A stretch of DNA of 64,000 nt from Thermoplasmata archaeon (GTDB lineage Archaea > Thermoplasmatota > Thermoplasmata > RBG-16-68-12 > JAFNFQ01). The notes under the pieces were generated by a model. That model saw only the letters and a list, made by a program, of their open reading frames with translations. It did not search any database and was not told the DNA's origin. How positions within the stretch are numbered: position 1 is the stretch's first letter; each line of letters begins with the position of its first letter. The position numbers and the translations under genes are program-made. Of the stretch, positions 1-12,395 are shown in pieces. The stretch spans positions 96,001-160,000 of the forward strand of contig JBGPQV010000002.1 in NCBI GenBank assembly GCA_041489255.1. Reading direction: 5' to 3'.

Positions 1-1
1 G

Positions 2-208
2 CTCGGCGTGAACTCGCCATCGGGACCCAAGAGGGTGGACTTCGTGCTCATGAACGTGGATGTGAGGACCGGAGCGCAGATGTTCCCCTGGGAACCCGCC
101 ATTGGCCTCAGCGAGCAGGCCCAAGCGAAGTTCAACGGGCTGCCTTACCAGAGGTTCTATGACGACGGATACACACAGATATACTGGGTGAACTGGGGCT
201 ACGCCTAG
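2..208 (+). CDS. 3' end of an unknown gene, truncated by the window start
   Basis: Frame is open from the window edge to TAG at 206-208; host-like codon usage. Confidence 0.6.
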   Translation, partial: LGVNSPSGPKRVDFVLMNVDVRTGAQMFPWEPAIGLSEQAQAKFNGLPYQRFYDDGYTQIYWVNWGYA

Positions 209-281
209 ATATCGGTCTCTCTGCGAATAGTCTTAAGAATATCAGCGGTTGTCTGTTCTGGCATAAAGGAGCAGTGCCTGC

Positions 282-1376
282 CTGCGCATCGCGATATTCC
301 ATGACTTCCTGAGGAGCCTCGGTGGCGGGGAGAACGTCTCCCTTTCCCTGGCCAAGGCCTTTGGCGGCGATCTGATCACGACAGACTTCGACGGCGAAGT
401 GCTAAGGCTGGCGGATGCGGGGAATGTCAAGGTGATTGACCTGGGTCGATTGGCCAGCACGCCGGTCCTTCGCCAGATACAGGCCTCCCTCCGCTTTGCC
501 GGCGCGGACTTCGACGATTACGACTTCTACTTCTTCTCGGGGAACTGGAGCAGATGCGCCGGCAAGTCTCACAGGCCGAACATCTTCTACTGCCATACGC
601 CGGTCCGAGCGTTCTACGATCTCAAGACGCGATATCTCAGCGAACTCCCGCCACCGCATAGGCTGCTGGCGAGGGCCTGGATCGCGGTACACAGCAGGTG
701 GGACCGTGAAACGATCGGCCACATGGATCAGATCGTGGCGAACAGCGAGAACGTGAAGGGCAGGATCAAGAGGTACTATGGGCGGGAATCGACCGTGGTC
801 AATCCGCCGGTCGCCACAGCGAAATTCCGATTCGACGAGGTCGGCGACTACTGGCTGTCGGTGAACCGCATTCGTCCCGAGAAAAGGATAGACCTGCAGA
901 TCGAGATCTTCAGGCGGCTGCCCGCAGAGAAGCTGCTGATTGTCGGGGATATCGCGCGAGAGGTGACAGCGCGCGCGGTCGTGTCGCAACTGAAAATCCC
1001 GCCAAATGTGCAATTGACCGGTGCCGTCCATCAGAAGAGGCTGGCCGACCTGTACGCGAAGTGCAAAGGCTTCATCACGACCGCGGTCGACGAGGATTTC
1101 GGCATGACCCCGGTGGAGGCGATGGCTTCGGGGAAGGCTGTTCTCGCGACTGACGAGGGCGGGTACCGCGAGACCGTTATTGATGGGTCTACGGGATGGC
1201 TACTCCCCATCGACGCCGACGCTTTCGCGAGCAAGATCAAGTCTCTCGATGAGGGAAGACTCAAAGCGATGAAGGACAAGTGCATCGCGCGAGCGCGGGA
1301 ATTCGATGAGGGGAGATTCATCGAGCGAATGAAAGAACTGATGATGTCGTCAATAGATAAGGAGAAATCCCGCTAG
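282..1376 (+). CDS. GT4-family (group 1) glycosyltransferase; probable CTG start at 282
   Basis: N-terminal LRIAIFHDFLRSLGGGE, YCHTP, RIRPEKR and EDFGMTPVEAMASG motifs; in-frame TAA at 264-266; AAGGAG RBS at 266-271. Confidence 0.9.
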   Translation: MRIAIFHDFLRSLGGGENVSLSLAKAFGGDLITTDFDGEVLRLADAGNVKVIDLGRLASTPVLRQIQASLRFAGADFDDYDFYFFSGNWSRCAGKSHRPNIFYCHTPVRAFYDLKTRYLSELPPPHRLLARAWIAVHSRWDRETIGHMDQIVANSENVKGRIKRYYGRESTVVNPPVATAKFRFDEVGDYWLSVNRIRPEKRIDLQIEIFRRLPAEKLLIVGDIAREVTARAVVSQLKIPPNVQLTGAVHQKRLADLYAKCKGFITTAVDEDFGMTPVEAMASGKAVLATDEGGYRETVIDGSTGWLLPIDADAFASKIKSLDEGRLKAMKDKCIARAREFDEGRFIERMKELMMSSIDKEKSR

Positions 1377-1759
1377 GCGTCATCGGATGGCGGGAAGCAT
1401 ATCTTACACTGCGAGTCGAGGCGGGAATACCGGTGATGGAATGCGCAGAACCTCTCGGTCCTGGTGATGTCCCTGCACAGTGCCTCTATCGCGGCTATCT
1501 GCTCCGGCCTCGGAAGGCCTTTGCTGATCTTGGCGGCGAGATCCTTCACGCCGTCCTCAATCTCGGGGAACATGCCGAGCAGCTCCTCGTCGACCGCCCT
1601 GCTGCGCGTGTTGTAATGGCTTATTGCTGCCTGCGTGATTCCCAGATGCCCCGCCACCTCGACCTGCTTCATGTGGTAGTCTCTCAGGAGGATCTGGGCG
1701 AGCCGCGCTCTAATCGCTGGGAGGAGCTTCGCCGCGACGAGTTCCGAAGGCTGCATCAT
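1373..1759 (-). CDS. Archaeal HTH transcriptional regulator (COG2522-like) with C-terminal Cys/His motif
   Basis: PSELVAAKLLPAIRARLA...QVEVAGHLGITQAAISHY HTH; C-terminal CAFHH..CKIC. Confidence 0.8.
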   Translation of the reverse strand: MMQPSELVAAKLLPAIRARLAQILLRDYHMKQVEVAGHLGITQAAISHYNTRSRAVDEELLGMFPEIEDGVKDLAAKISKGLPRPEQIAAIEALCRDITRTERFCAFHHRYSRLDSQCKICFPPSDDA

Positions 1760-1828
1760 GGGTTCTTATTCCCTTGTGCAATCAAGTCTGGTCTCGCTAT
1801 TTAACCGTGACGCCTTCGTGAGCCTCCA

Positions 1829-2323
1829 TCAATTCGCAAGGTCAGCGAAAGCAAGCAGGCGCGCCGAACCATCTATGAGGACTGCATCGACTCCGATTTC
1901 AAACCGTTGGCATGAAAGCAAGTCCAGGGACAGATGATCTGCGTCCAATCCTTGGGCAACTTCAGAATCAATTGCCATATCGTGATGCTGCCAAAAATGG
2001 AGTTCGCCTGTCCAATGTGCGACCATTGTCCTGCCTTCTTGAGCGATTATTACCGAATCACGTCTTAGATGGATTTCATATGGAGAACCGCCAACTTCTT
2101 TCGGGATTATCAGGGCAGCATCGCCATCGCACGCCACCACGAACTTGGTCTCTCCAGTCAAATCGAGAACGGCGTCTATGAAGCCTGCAATGCCGCGCGC
2201 GACATTTCCAATCTCTATCCTCCTGATGCTTTCCCTTTGACACGCGAAAAAGGCGGTCACCGACGACAGCAGCAGCATTGCACCCAGCGCAACTGCCATC
2301 TTCGACGAGAGCCATTCAAGCAT
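1829..2323 (-). CDS. Putative pilin-like / Tad-associated membrane-anchored protein
   Basis: N-terminal hydrophobic helix followed by a beta-rich domain; 3 bp from the upstream pilin-like gene. Confidence 0.5.
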   Translation of the reverse strand: MLEWLSSKMAVALGAMLLLSSVTAFFACQRESIRRIEIGNVARGIAGFIDAVLDLTGETKFVVACDGDAALIIPKEVGGSPYEIHLRRDSVIIAQEGRTMVAHWTGELHFWQHHDMAIDSEVAQGLDADHLSLDLLSCQRFEIGVDAVLIDGSARLLAFADLAN

Positions 2324-2326
2324 CGG

Positions 2327-2824
2327 TTATCCCACCCATACGACCACATCGATGCCGCTGACGCATTCGACATGCATCGAGTAACTGCCTTCGAAAAGCG
2401 TCAGGCCCCCGCCATCGGTTGAGCTGATGAGCACGGATGGGTTACGCACGGTCACGAGCTGCTCATCACCGCCGGAGAGTTTGTAGCGTATGAATCGGGA
2501 ATACGCATGGCCCGCCGAGTCTCCAAAGACAACGTACTCGATGCGGGTGAAAGTCCCGCCTTCGAACACAACATGTATTTCCTCCCCGCCAGAGCCAGCC
2601 TGCAGATACCTCTGTGCCGCCGTGAGCACACGCGCTATCTCCGCCCGAACTCGCTGATCTGTCTGGACATAGTCAACTGACGACCAGCCACTCATGACCG
2701 CCGGAACGACGAGCGCGATGGAAATTAAGGCAATCAGCAGCCTATACGGCATGCCCAGGAGCGCATTTCCATCGCGACGAATCGAATGTGAAAGACCTCT
2801 CGCATCGATGACAGCCATCGCCAT
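2327..2824 (-). CDS. Putative archaeal type IV pilin-like protein (class III signal peptide)
   Basis: RRDGNA followed by hydrophobic LLGMPYRLLIALISIALVVPAV. Confidence 0.55.
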   Translation of the reverse strand: MAMAVIDARGLSHSIRRDGNALLGMPYRLLIALISIALVVPAVMSGWSSVDYVQTDQRVRAEIARVLTAAQRYLQAGSGGEEIHVVFEGGTFTRIEYVVFGDSAGHAYSRFIRYKLSGGDEQLVTVRNPSVLISSTDGGGLTLFEGSYSMHVECVSGIDVVVWVG

Positions 2825-2955
2825 TCAGTTGTCCTCTGAAACCAAGGTGCTTGCGGGTGGAAACAGCAGGCAGAGGTGATACGCGGCATCTCGTCGAAGA
2901 TGGAAGACCGATAGTTTATTGTGCGTCGAGAAACAGATGCCCTCTCGGGAAAACC

Positions 2956-3156
2956 ATGATACCGACACCCAGACCGGGAAACATCCCTGAGTCGCCGGAA
3001 AAAACTGGCCCTCCGGGCAGAGGGACCGACCCGACGCCGCTCCTCTTCCAGTCCCTCGAGGACATCGAGGAGTTGAAGAAGGCGGTCAAGGCCCTGAATG
3101 AGAAGAACAAGGAACTCGAGAGGCGTCTGCAGGCGCTCGAGGAGCAGAGGATCTGA
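2956..3156 (+). CDS. Small Pro-rich / coiled-coil hypothetical protein
   Basis: Strong codon bias; heptad segment IEELKKAVKALNEKNKELERRLQALEE; start uncertain. Confidence 0.55.
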   Translation: MIPTPRPGNIPESPEKTGPPGRGTDPTPLLFQSLEDIEELKKAVKALNEKNKELERRLQALEEQRI

Positions 3157-3215
3157 CCGTCGATATCTGCGATGCCAAAAGCATTATCTCGCGGAGGGGT
3201 CATCAAGGGAAGGAT

Positions 3216-3749
3216 ATGGGCGAAGGGATGAACGCAGACGACCGACTCTCTCAGGAAATTGCGACAATGAAGCCAGCCCCCAAGACGCGTCGGGTTAGGA
3301 CCCTGTTGATGTTCCTATTCGCGGTCACGCTAGTTTCGATTCTTGTCGTGGCGGTGGCGTGGCACTACGCTATCTTGAACCTTGAGTCGCAAGAAAGACG
3401 CTGCGACGGGGGCTATATGTATCAGCCGCTGGCTTTTACTCTCATGCGGTCAAATGGGAATTGGACGGTGACGAGCACGTGCACTAACAAAGCCATCCAT
3501 CTGAGCGAGGTGACCATCACCATATTCGACTTGAATGGAGCGATTGCGAACTCGATGCATTCGGTGCTCCTCACGAATCTCACCCAAGCGAACTGGGCGA
3601 CATACTATGTGTTGTACGTGAAGGTGGGCAGTGAGGACTATGTGCGTCAGTCTGCGCAGTTAGTCATCGATGCGACACAGTACCACAGCAGATATCGGTT
3701 CCATTTGGCTACCTACGGCGGTATTCTCTACTCCTTTGTTCTCGACTGA
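3216..3749 (+). CDS. Membrane-anchored hypothetical protein with pilin-like beta domain
   Basis: Basic segment followed by one TM helix and a Thr/Asn-rich ectodomain. Confidence 0.6.
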   Translation: MGEGMNADDRLSQEIATMKPAPKTRRVRTLLMFLFAVTLVSILVVAVAWHYAILNLESQERRCDGGYMYQPLAFTLMRSNGNWTVTSTCTNKAIHLSEVTITIFDLNGAIANSMHSVLLTNLTQANWATYYVLYVKVGSEDYVRQSAQLVIDATQYHSRYRFHLATYGGILYSFVLD

Positions 3750-3848
3750 CAAAAGATTCCAATCAATGGGAGAATCGTGGATCTCTGCAGAGGCCGAGTT
3801 CGCTGAGTCAACATGTTTAAGGACTTCGCGAGCTTTGACTCGGGCCGC

Positions 3849-5138
3849 ATGCATCACGAGGAAATCCTCAGGGAATTGTATGCTCTGGAACGCTTCGGGA
3901 TGAAGCTCGGGCTCGCAAACATCACGGAGCTGCTTCATAGGATCGGAGGCCCGCACCTCAGATTCCCCGCCGCACATGTGACTGGAAGCAACGGGAAGGG
4001 CTCGGTCTGCGCTTTCATCGAATCTATTCTGAGGGAAGCCGGCTACAATGTCGGACTCTACACATCGCCGCACTTGATTCGTTTCAATGAGAGAATCAGG
4101 GTCGGCGGGCGGGAAATCCCGGATGAAGATGTCGCAAGACTCTACGAGTTCGTCAAACCGCATGCCGCCATAATGGCTGCGGAATCGAAGGCGAAGCAGC
4201 CGACCTTCTTCGAGATAACCACCGCCATGGCCTTCCAATACTTCGCGGAGAAGGAAGTGAAGCTCGCGGTTGTCGAGGTTGGGATGGGCGGCGGCATGGA
4301 CGCGACGAACGTGGTGCGCCCGGAGACCTGCGTGATCACTCGCGTGAGCCTTGAGCATACTGAACACCTGGGCAGGACGATCAGGAGGATTGCCAAGGAG
4401 AAATCGGGAATATTGAAACCGGGCGTGCCTGTCGTGACGTTGAACCAAGAGGCCCTCGCAACCATTGAGGAGAGAGCGAAGGAGCTCGGATGCCCTCTTA
4501 CCGTTGTTGGCCGCGAAGCGACCTACAGGCGCATTGGCGGGACTCTGGCGGGACAGACAATCGAGTACTCCGGGTCTTCGACGATCCAGGTCTCCACCGT
4601 GATGGCGGGAGCGCACCAGGTGGAGAATGTTGCACTCGCCTTGGCGGCGACAAGCGCCCTTGAGTCACGCGGGTGGAATGTAGGAGATGATGCGAAGCGC
4701 GTGGGCATCGCGAGGATGAGGTGGCCCGCGAGGTTCCAGCTGGTGCGCAGGACTCCACCGGTGCTGATCGATGGCGCTCACAACCCCGGTGGCGCGCAGT
4801 GCCTGCACGATTCGCTTACGGAATGCCTGCCGGGGAGACGCGTCGTGCTCGTGATGGGCATGCTGGCCGACAAAGACCTGACGTCATATGCAAACACGCT
4901 CGCGCCGCTGACTGCGCACTCTATTTCAACGAGACCGAAAAGCGAGCGCGCGTATCCTCCGGAAGAAGTGACTCTCACATTCAAGAAGCTGGGCATATCG
5001 TCTGAGGTGATCGAGGATGTCCCAGCCGCGATTCGGAGGGGTTTGGATCTGGCATCAAGAGATCGGCCCCTGCTCATCACCGGCTCGCTCTATCTTGCGG
5101 GAGAAGCCCTGCAGCATTTCCAGGAAGGAACCGTTTGA
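3849..5138 (+). CDS. folC: Folylpolyglutamate synthase / dihydrofolate synthase
   Basis: HVTGSNGKGS, YTSPHL, EVGMGGGMDATN, WPARFQ and DGAHNP motifs. Confidence 0.95.
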   Translation: MHHEEILRELYALERFGMKLGLANITELLHRIGGPHLRFPAAHVTGSNGKGSVCAFIESILREAGYNVGLYTSPHLIRFNERIRVGGREIPDEDVARLYEFVKPHAAIMAAESKAKQPTFFEITTAMAFQYFAEKEVKLAVVEVGMGGGMDATNVVRPETCVITRVSLEHTEHLGRTIRRIAKEKSGILKPGVPVVTLNQEALATIEERAKELGCPLTVVGREATYRRIGGTLAGQTIEYSGSSTIQVSTVMAGAHQVENVALALAATSALESRGWNVGDDAKRVGIARMRWPARFQLVRRTPPVLIDGAHNPGGAQCLHDSLTECLPGRRVVLVMGMLADKDLTSYANTLAPLTAHSISTRPKSERAYPPEEVTLTFKKLGISSEVIEDVPAAIRRGLDLASRDRPLLITGSLYLAGEALQHFQEGTV

Positions 5139-5800
5139 ACAGGAAGCAGCTCGATTCCTTGATGGAGGACCTTCGCCGCCGGTATCTCCACTACAGGCAG
5201 CATCAGACGGACACCGCCCTAGGCAAAATCACCGCGGAGACCGAGGACCCGTTCAAGGTGCTCATATCCACGATCCTCTCGCAGAGGACAAGGGATGAGA
5301 TGACGGACAAGGCCTCACATCAGCTTTTCGCGAAGTACCCTGATGCGAAGTCGATTACAGGAGCACCCCTTCCCGAGATCATTCGACTCATAAAGCCCGT
5401 GGGATTCTACAGGCAGAAGGCGGTCAGCGTCAGGGAAGTGAGTCGAATAATCCTCAGAGAATATGGCGGGAGAGTCCCGCCAGTCTTCGACGAGCTCCTC
5501 AAGTTGCCTCAGGTGGGGCCGAAGACCGCCAACTGCGTCCTCGTCTACGGGTTCGGCATTCCGCGGATACCCGTCGACACTCACGTCCATAGGATCACCA
5601 ATCGCCTGGGGCTCGTGAAGACGAAAACGCCGGACGAGACCGAAGCGGCTCTCATGAGAGTCGTGCCGATGGATTATTGGATCGACCTCAACGGCCTCCT
5701 TGTCCGCTTCGGGCAGAGCATATGCAGACCAATAGGGCCGAGGTGCAGCGAATGCAACTTCAGACGGTTCTGCTCGTACTACAAGACCGTCGTGAAATGA
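5135..5800 (+). CDS. nth: Endonuclease III (HhH-GPD, 4Fe-4S)
   Basis: LPQVGPKTA HhH, VDTHVHR, CRPIGPRCSECNFRRFC iron-sulfur motif. Confidence 0.95.
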   Translation: MNRKQLDSLMEDLRRRYLHYRQHQTDTALGKITAETEDPFKVLISTILSQRTRDEMTDKASHQLFAKYPDAKSITGAPLPEIIRLIKPVGFYRQKAVSVREVSRIILREYGGRVPPVFDELLKLPQVGPKTANCVLVYGFGIPRIPVDTHVHRITNRLGLVKTKTPDETEAALMRVVPMDYWIDLNGLLVRFGQSICRPIGPRCSECNFRRFCSYYKTVVK

Positions 5801-5815
5801 GACTCAGGCACTTGC

Positions 5816-8320
5816 CTATTGCTGATCCGGCGCGGACTCCTCGCCCACCGCCTTCTCTTCTTCCTTCTCGCTTACGATCTTCACGACTGCGGTGACGCGG
5901 TCCTTCTCCTTCAACCGCATGATACGGACGCCTTTCGCAGACCGCCCAGTCTTGCGGATCCCCTTGACCGGTATCCTGATGACCATGCCGCCGACGGTCG
6001 TGACGAGCAGCTCCTCTTCGGGGGAGACCTCGACGATGCTGACGACCTTGCTCTTCGCCAGCGTAATCTTTGTTGTCATGACGCCCTGACTGCCTCTTTT
6101 GGTCTTCCTGTATTCGGCGATGAGCGTCCTCTTGCCGAGCCCGTTCTCGAGCATCGTCAGGAGCTCTTTCGCGGGGTCTGTGGCCAAAGTCATCCCGACG
6201 ACCGCGTCGCCGCTCCTGAGCTTCATCCCCCGGACGCCGGCAGCGGTCCGCCCCATGGTCCGCACCTGACCCACGTCGAACCTGTTCGCGTATCCGCCAT
6301 TGGAAGCGAGGATGACTTCCTCGTTGCCTTCTGACAGGCGCGCGGCTATTAACTCGTCCCCGGGGAGTAGCTTGATCGCCTTGATTCCGCGGATCATCGG
6401 CCTCTTGAAAGCGCTCAGCCTCGTCCTCTTGATCTTCCCTTTCTTCGTCACGAAGAATATCGTGCGCTTCTCGTCAAACTCCTTGACTGGGATCATGGCC
6501 TGTATCCGCTCGTCCTTGTCGAGCCTGGGGAGGAGGTTGATTATCGGCCTGCCCTTCGCATGAGTCCCGCCGCTCGGTATCCTCCACGTCTTGAGCCAAT
6601 AGCACTTGCCCTTGCTGGAAAGGAAGAGGATGAAGTCGTGCGTCGAGGCGACGAAGAGGTTGACGACGTAGTCCTCCTCCTTCGTCTCCATGCCGATGCG
6701 GCCCTTCCCTCCGCGCCTCTGCTGGCGGTAGGTGTCAACGGTGAGGCGCTTGATGTAGCCCGTGTTGGTGATTGTGACGATGACCTCTTCCTCTGGGATG
6801 AGGTCCTCGATGTCCATCTCCTCGGCGTCGATCTGGATCTCCGACCGGCGCTCGTCCCCGTACTTGTCCTTGAGTTCGAAAAGCTCCTGCTTGATGATGT
6901 TGCGAATCTTCTCGCGGGAGGCGACGATCGAATGGAGCTCCTCGATCTTCTTCTTGAGAGCGCTCTGTTCGTCGCGAAGCGACTTGACCTCCAAGCCCGT
7001 CAGTTTCTGCAAGCGCAGTTCGAGTATCGCCTTCGACTGCTCCTCGCTCAGCAAGAACCGGTTCATCAGACCAGACCTTGCCTCGTCGGCGTCCCTCGAG
7101 CGTCTGATCAGCCGGACCACCTCGTCCAGGTGATCCACCGCGGTGATGAGCCCCTCGACTATGTGCTCTCTCTGCTGGGCCTTCGTGAGGTCGAACTGCG
7201 TCCTTCGCCTCACGACCTGCTCTCTGTAATCGACGTACGACTGGAGAGTCTCACGCAGAGTCAGGACCTTCGGCTCGCCGTTCACGAGGGCGAGGTTGAT
7301 GACTCCGAAGGTCGCCTCCATCTGCGTCCTCGCGTAGAGCTGGTTCAGCACGACATCCTCTATCGCGTCCTTCCTGAGTTCGAGGACGACTCGCATGCCT
7401 GACCTGTCGCTCTCGTCCCTGAGGTCCGTGACGCCATCGAGCTTCTTCTCCTTCGCGAGGAGGGCGATGCTCTCCACGAGCGCCGCCTTGTTGACCATGT
7501 AAGGAATCTCCGTTATGACGATGCGGGCCCTGTCCCGTCCTGCCTCCTCGAAGTGCGCCTTCGCCCTGAGGCAGATGAGGCCACGTCCGAAACGGTACGC
7601 CTCGTTCACGCCCTGGATGCCGTAGATGATGCCGCCTGTCGGGAAGTCGGGTCCCTTGATCGGCCCCGTCTCGGGATTGAACAGGTCTTCTATCTGAGCC
7701 TCCGGGTTTTCGATGAGGGCGACGAGGGCGTCGACGACCTCGGCAAGGTTATGCGGAGGGATGTTTGTGGCCATTCCAACCGCGATTCCGCTCGAGCCAT
7801 TCACAAGCAGATTGGGGAACTTGGCGGGGAGGATCGTCGGCTCCTTGAGTGTCCCGTCGAAGTTGTCCACCCAGTCGACGGTGTCTTTCTCGATGTCTTG
7901 GAGCAATTCCTCCGAGGTGCGCGACAAGCGGCACTCGGTGTACCTCATCGCGGCGGGAGGGTCGCCGTCAACGCTCCCGAAGTTGCCCTGACCATCGACG
8001 AGGAGGCTGCGCATCGAGAAGTCCTGGGCCAGGCGGACGAGTGCATCGTACACCGCCATGTCCCCGTGCGGGTGATATTTTCCGATTATTTCTCCAACCA
8101 CCCTCGCACACTTCTTATGCTGCGTCCCCGCGCCCATGCTTAGGTCATTCATGGCGTAGAGGATCCTCCGCTGCACGGGCTTCAATCCGTCCCTCAAGTC
8201 CGGCAGCGCCCTCCCGACGATCACGCTCATCGCGTAGTCGATGTAGGAGCGCTTCATCTCCTCCTCGATCGGCTGCGCGACGACTCGCTTGTGCGTTGCC
8301 TGCTCCGTCCCGTCCGGCAA
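5816..8320 (-). CDS. gyrA: DNA gyrase subunit A
   Basis: [23 protein letters not shown] active site, GyrA-box QRRGGKG. Confidence 0.98.
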   Translation of the reverse strand: MPDGTEQATHKRVVAQPIEEEMKRSYIDYAMSVIVGRALPDLRDGLKPVQRRILYAMNDLSMGAGTQHKKCARVVGEIIGKYHPHGDMAVYDALVRLAQDFSMRSLLVDGQGNFGSVDGDPPAAMRYTECRLSRTSEELLQDIEKDTVDWVDNFDGTLKEPTILPAKFPNLLVNGSSGIAVGMATNIPPHNLAEVVDALVALIENPEAQIEDLFNPETGPIKGPDFPTGGIIYGIQGVNEAYRFGRGLICLRAKAHFEEAGRDRARIVITEIPYMVNKAALVESIALLAKEKKLDGVTDLRDESDRSGMRVVLELRKDAIEDVVLNQLYARTQMEATFGVINLALVNGEPKVLTLRETLQSYVDYREQVVRRRTQFDLTKAQQREHIVEGLITAVDHLDEVVRLIRRSRDADEARSGLMNRFLLSEEQSKAILELRLQKLTGLEVKSLRDEQSALKKKIEELHSIVASREKIRNIIKQELFELKDKYGDERRSEIQIDAEEMDIEDLIPEEEVIVTITNTGYIKRLTVDTYRQQRRGGKGRIGMETKEEDYVVNLFVASTHDFILFLSSKGKCYWLKTWRIPSGGTHAKGRPIINLLPRLDKDERIQAMIPVKEFDEKRTIFFVTKKGKIKRTRLSAFKRPMIRGIKAIKLLPGDELIAARLSEGNEEVILASNGGYANRFDVGQVRTMGRTAAGVRGMKLRSGDAVVGMTLATDPAKELLTMLENGLGKRTLIAEYRKTKRGSQGVMTTKITLAKSKVVSIVEVSPEEELLVTTVGGMVIRIPVKGIRKTGRSAKGVRIMRLKEKDRVTAVVKIVSEKEEEKAVGEESAPDQQ

Positions 8321-8330
8321 GTTCAGACCT

Positions 8331-10229
<1,899 letters not shown>

Positions 10230-10460
10230 CTAGTTCGTGGCCTCTTTAATTGCAATCTGAGAGTCTTGCGGACCCATCCCGTCTATCATTTTCCATAAGA
10301 CCCCTTAGAATATAAAGGTTTTCGACCGTTCGTATATGGAGAAAAAGATGCATCGGAGGAGGGGCAAAAAGGGGGGGTGGTTATTTATATACTCAGGAGC
10401 CTCACGGAACGCCTGTTTTCAAGACCGATAACGTCCCGTGTCAGAGTCCCGTGGCATGTC

Positions 10461-11873
10461 TCATTTCAATTTCCAACGGACGCCCTCTTTCGCGTCCTCA
10501 AGCGTCACGCCGATCTCCTTCAGCTTGTCCCGAATGAGGTCAGAGACGGCGAAGTCCTTGCGCTTCCGCGCCTCCTCTCTGATCTGCACGAGGATGTCGA
10601 GAAGAGCGTCAGTCGGGACGAGCCCTTGCCTTCTGACCTTCTGGAACAGGCCGAGCACGTCGCCGAAGATGTCAATTTGCCCGAGGCAGCGCTGAGCGGC
10701 GGTCTTGCTCACACCATCCTCGAGGCTCCTGTTGATCTGGGAGGCGATGGTGAAGATGACTGCGATCGCCTCGCGGGTGTTGAAGTCGTCGTCCATCGCC
10801 TCCTCGAACTTCGTTTTCGCGGCGATGACCGCCGTGTCGAGCACGGCGTCAGCGGTCATCGGGCCGTCGGACCCTCTCTTCGCTGACTGACTCAGCAACT
10901 GGTAAGTGTCGATGAGCCTCTGATAGCTCCTCTTCGCCTCCTCCATCCCCTCGAGGCTGAAGTCGATCGGGCTGCGGTAGTGCGCGTTCAGCAAGAAGAA
11001 CCGCAGGACCTCGCCGTCGAAAAGCTTCAGCGCATCAGGCACTGCCCAGAAGTTGCCGAGCGACTTGTGCATCTCCTCCCCGCCGACCATGAGCATGCCG
11101 CCGTGCATCCAGTAACGGACGAACGGCTTGACTCCGGTGAGCGCCTCGGCCTGGGCGATCTCCGCCTCGTGGTGGGGGAACATGAGCTCGGTCGCGCCGC
11201 CATGTATGTCGTACTGCGGCCCGAAGATGCTCACCGTGATTGCGGTGTCCTCGATGTGCCAGCCCGGTCTGCCCTTGCCCCAGGGAGAGTCCCAAGCGGG
11301 CTCGCCGGGTTTCTGACTCTTCCAAAGTGCGAAGTCGGCGGGGCTGCGCTTTCTCTTGTCGACCTCGACACGTGCACCAGGCCTCAGTTCTTCCACGATC
11401 ATGCCCGAGAGCTTGCCCCAGCCGTCGAACTTGGTCACGTCGTAGAAGACGTCGCCGTCGACTGCATACGCGATGCCCTTCTTGATTAGGCCCTCTATCT
11501 GCCCGATGATCTCAGGGATGTAATCCGTCGCCCATGCGAAATGGTTCACCGCCGTGACATTGAGGGCTTCCATCACCGCCATGTATTCGACGATAAACTC
11601 CGCGACAAGGTCCCGCCAGTCCCGGCCAGAGTCGATCATCCTGGCGATGAGACGATCCTCGACATCGGTGACATTCTGTACGTAGAAGACTCGGTAGCCT
11701 TTGTGCCTCAGGTAGCGCGCGACCATGTCGAAGGTGACGTAAGTCTTCGCGTGGCCCATGTGCACGTGGTCGTACGGCGTGATGCCGCAGACGAACATGT
11801 TCACCCGACGGCCGTGGATCGTGACGAATTCTTCTTTCTGGCGGGTCAGGGTGTTGTATATCTTCAGGGGCAT
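10461..11873 (-). CDS. cysS: Cysteine--tRNA ligase
   Basis: [32 protein letters not shown]; KMSKS position reads EMHKS. Confidence 0.97.
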   Translation of the reverse strand: MPLKIYNTLTRQKEEFVTIHGRRVNMFVCGITPYDHVHMGHAKTYVTFDMVARYLRHKGYRVFYVQNVTDVEDRLIARMIDSGRDWRDLVAEFIVEYMAVMEALNVTAVNHFAWATDYIPEIIGQIEGLIKKGIAYAVDGDVFYDVTKFDGWGKLSGMIVEELRPGARVEVDKRKRSPADFALWKSQKPGEPAWDSPWGKGRPGWHIEDTAITVSIFGPQYDIHGGATELMFPHHEAEIAQAEALTGVKPFVRYWMHGGMLMVGGEEMHKSLGNFWAVPDALKLFDGEVLRFFLLNAHYRSPIDFSLEGMEEAKRSYQRLIDTYQLLSQSAKRGSDGPMTADAVLDTAVIAAKTKFEEAMDDDFNTREAIAVIFTIASQINRSLEDGVSKTAAQRCLGQIDIFGDVLGLFQKVRRQGLVPTDALLDILVQIREEARKRKDFAVSDLIRDKLKEIGVTLEDAKEGVRWKLK

Positions 11874-12236
11874 TCTGGCGGTCGAATGATTGCGGGCTGT
11901 ATAAAACTTCGTGGACTCCGCGACAATGGTCGCAACGATGCAGCGGGCATTTTATGGTGGCGGGAGAAGCCTCACTCCGAAGGACATGTAAGGCGATTCG
12001 CCTGAGGTCTGAGCGACGAGTCGTGTGCCTCTTGGTCAATTCGCGAAGGTCTGATGCGGACGATGAAAAGCTATTTACCCCAGGAAGTGCTCATATGATG
12101 AGGTCGGAGTCAGGGATGTGATTGCCGTTACGCTTCGAACGCAAAGGGGGCAAAGGACCCTGCTGACAGTCGGTGGGTCCTTGGCGGGGTCTGGAGCTGG
12201 CCCTGCCCGGGTTTCTCCGGGCTTGTGGTCCTTACT

Positions 12237-12280
12237 AACTCAACACCAACTCAACATCAACTCCACACCAAGTCCACCGG
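12237..12280. repeat. Four imperfect 11-bp tandem repeats (AACTCAACACC)
   Basis: Units start at 12237, 12248, 12259 and 12270. Confidence 0.7.
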
Positions 12281-12395
12281 TCATAAGGAAATACCACGCT
12301 CATGACCCGCTCCAACAAAGCACTGTGCCTGAAAGCACCCGCACGATTCACTCCACGGATGCCGCCCACACCAGGTTCAAGGAGATGACTCGAGC

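Noticed and set aside
1829-2824. Pilin-like gene pair as a novel system
   Set aside because: No ATPase or TadC gene adjacent; dispersed pilin genes are common in archaea.
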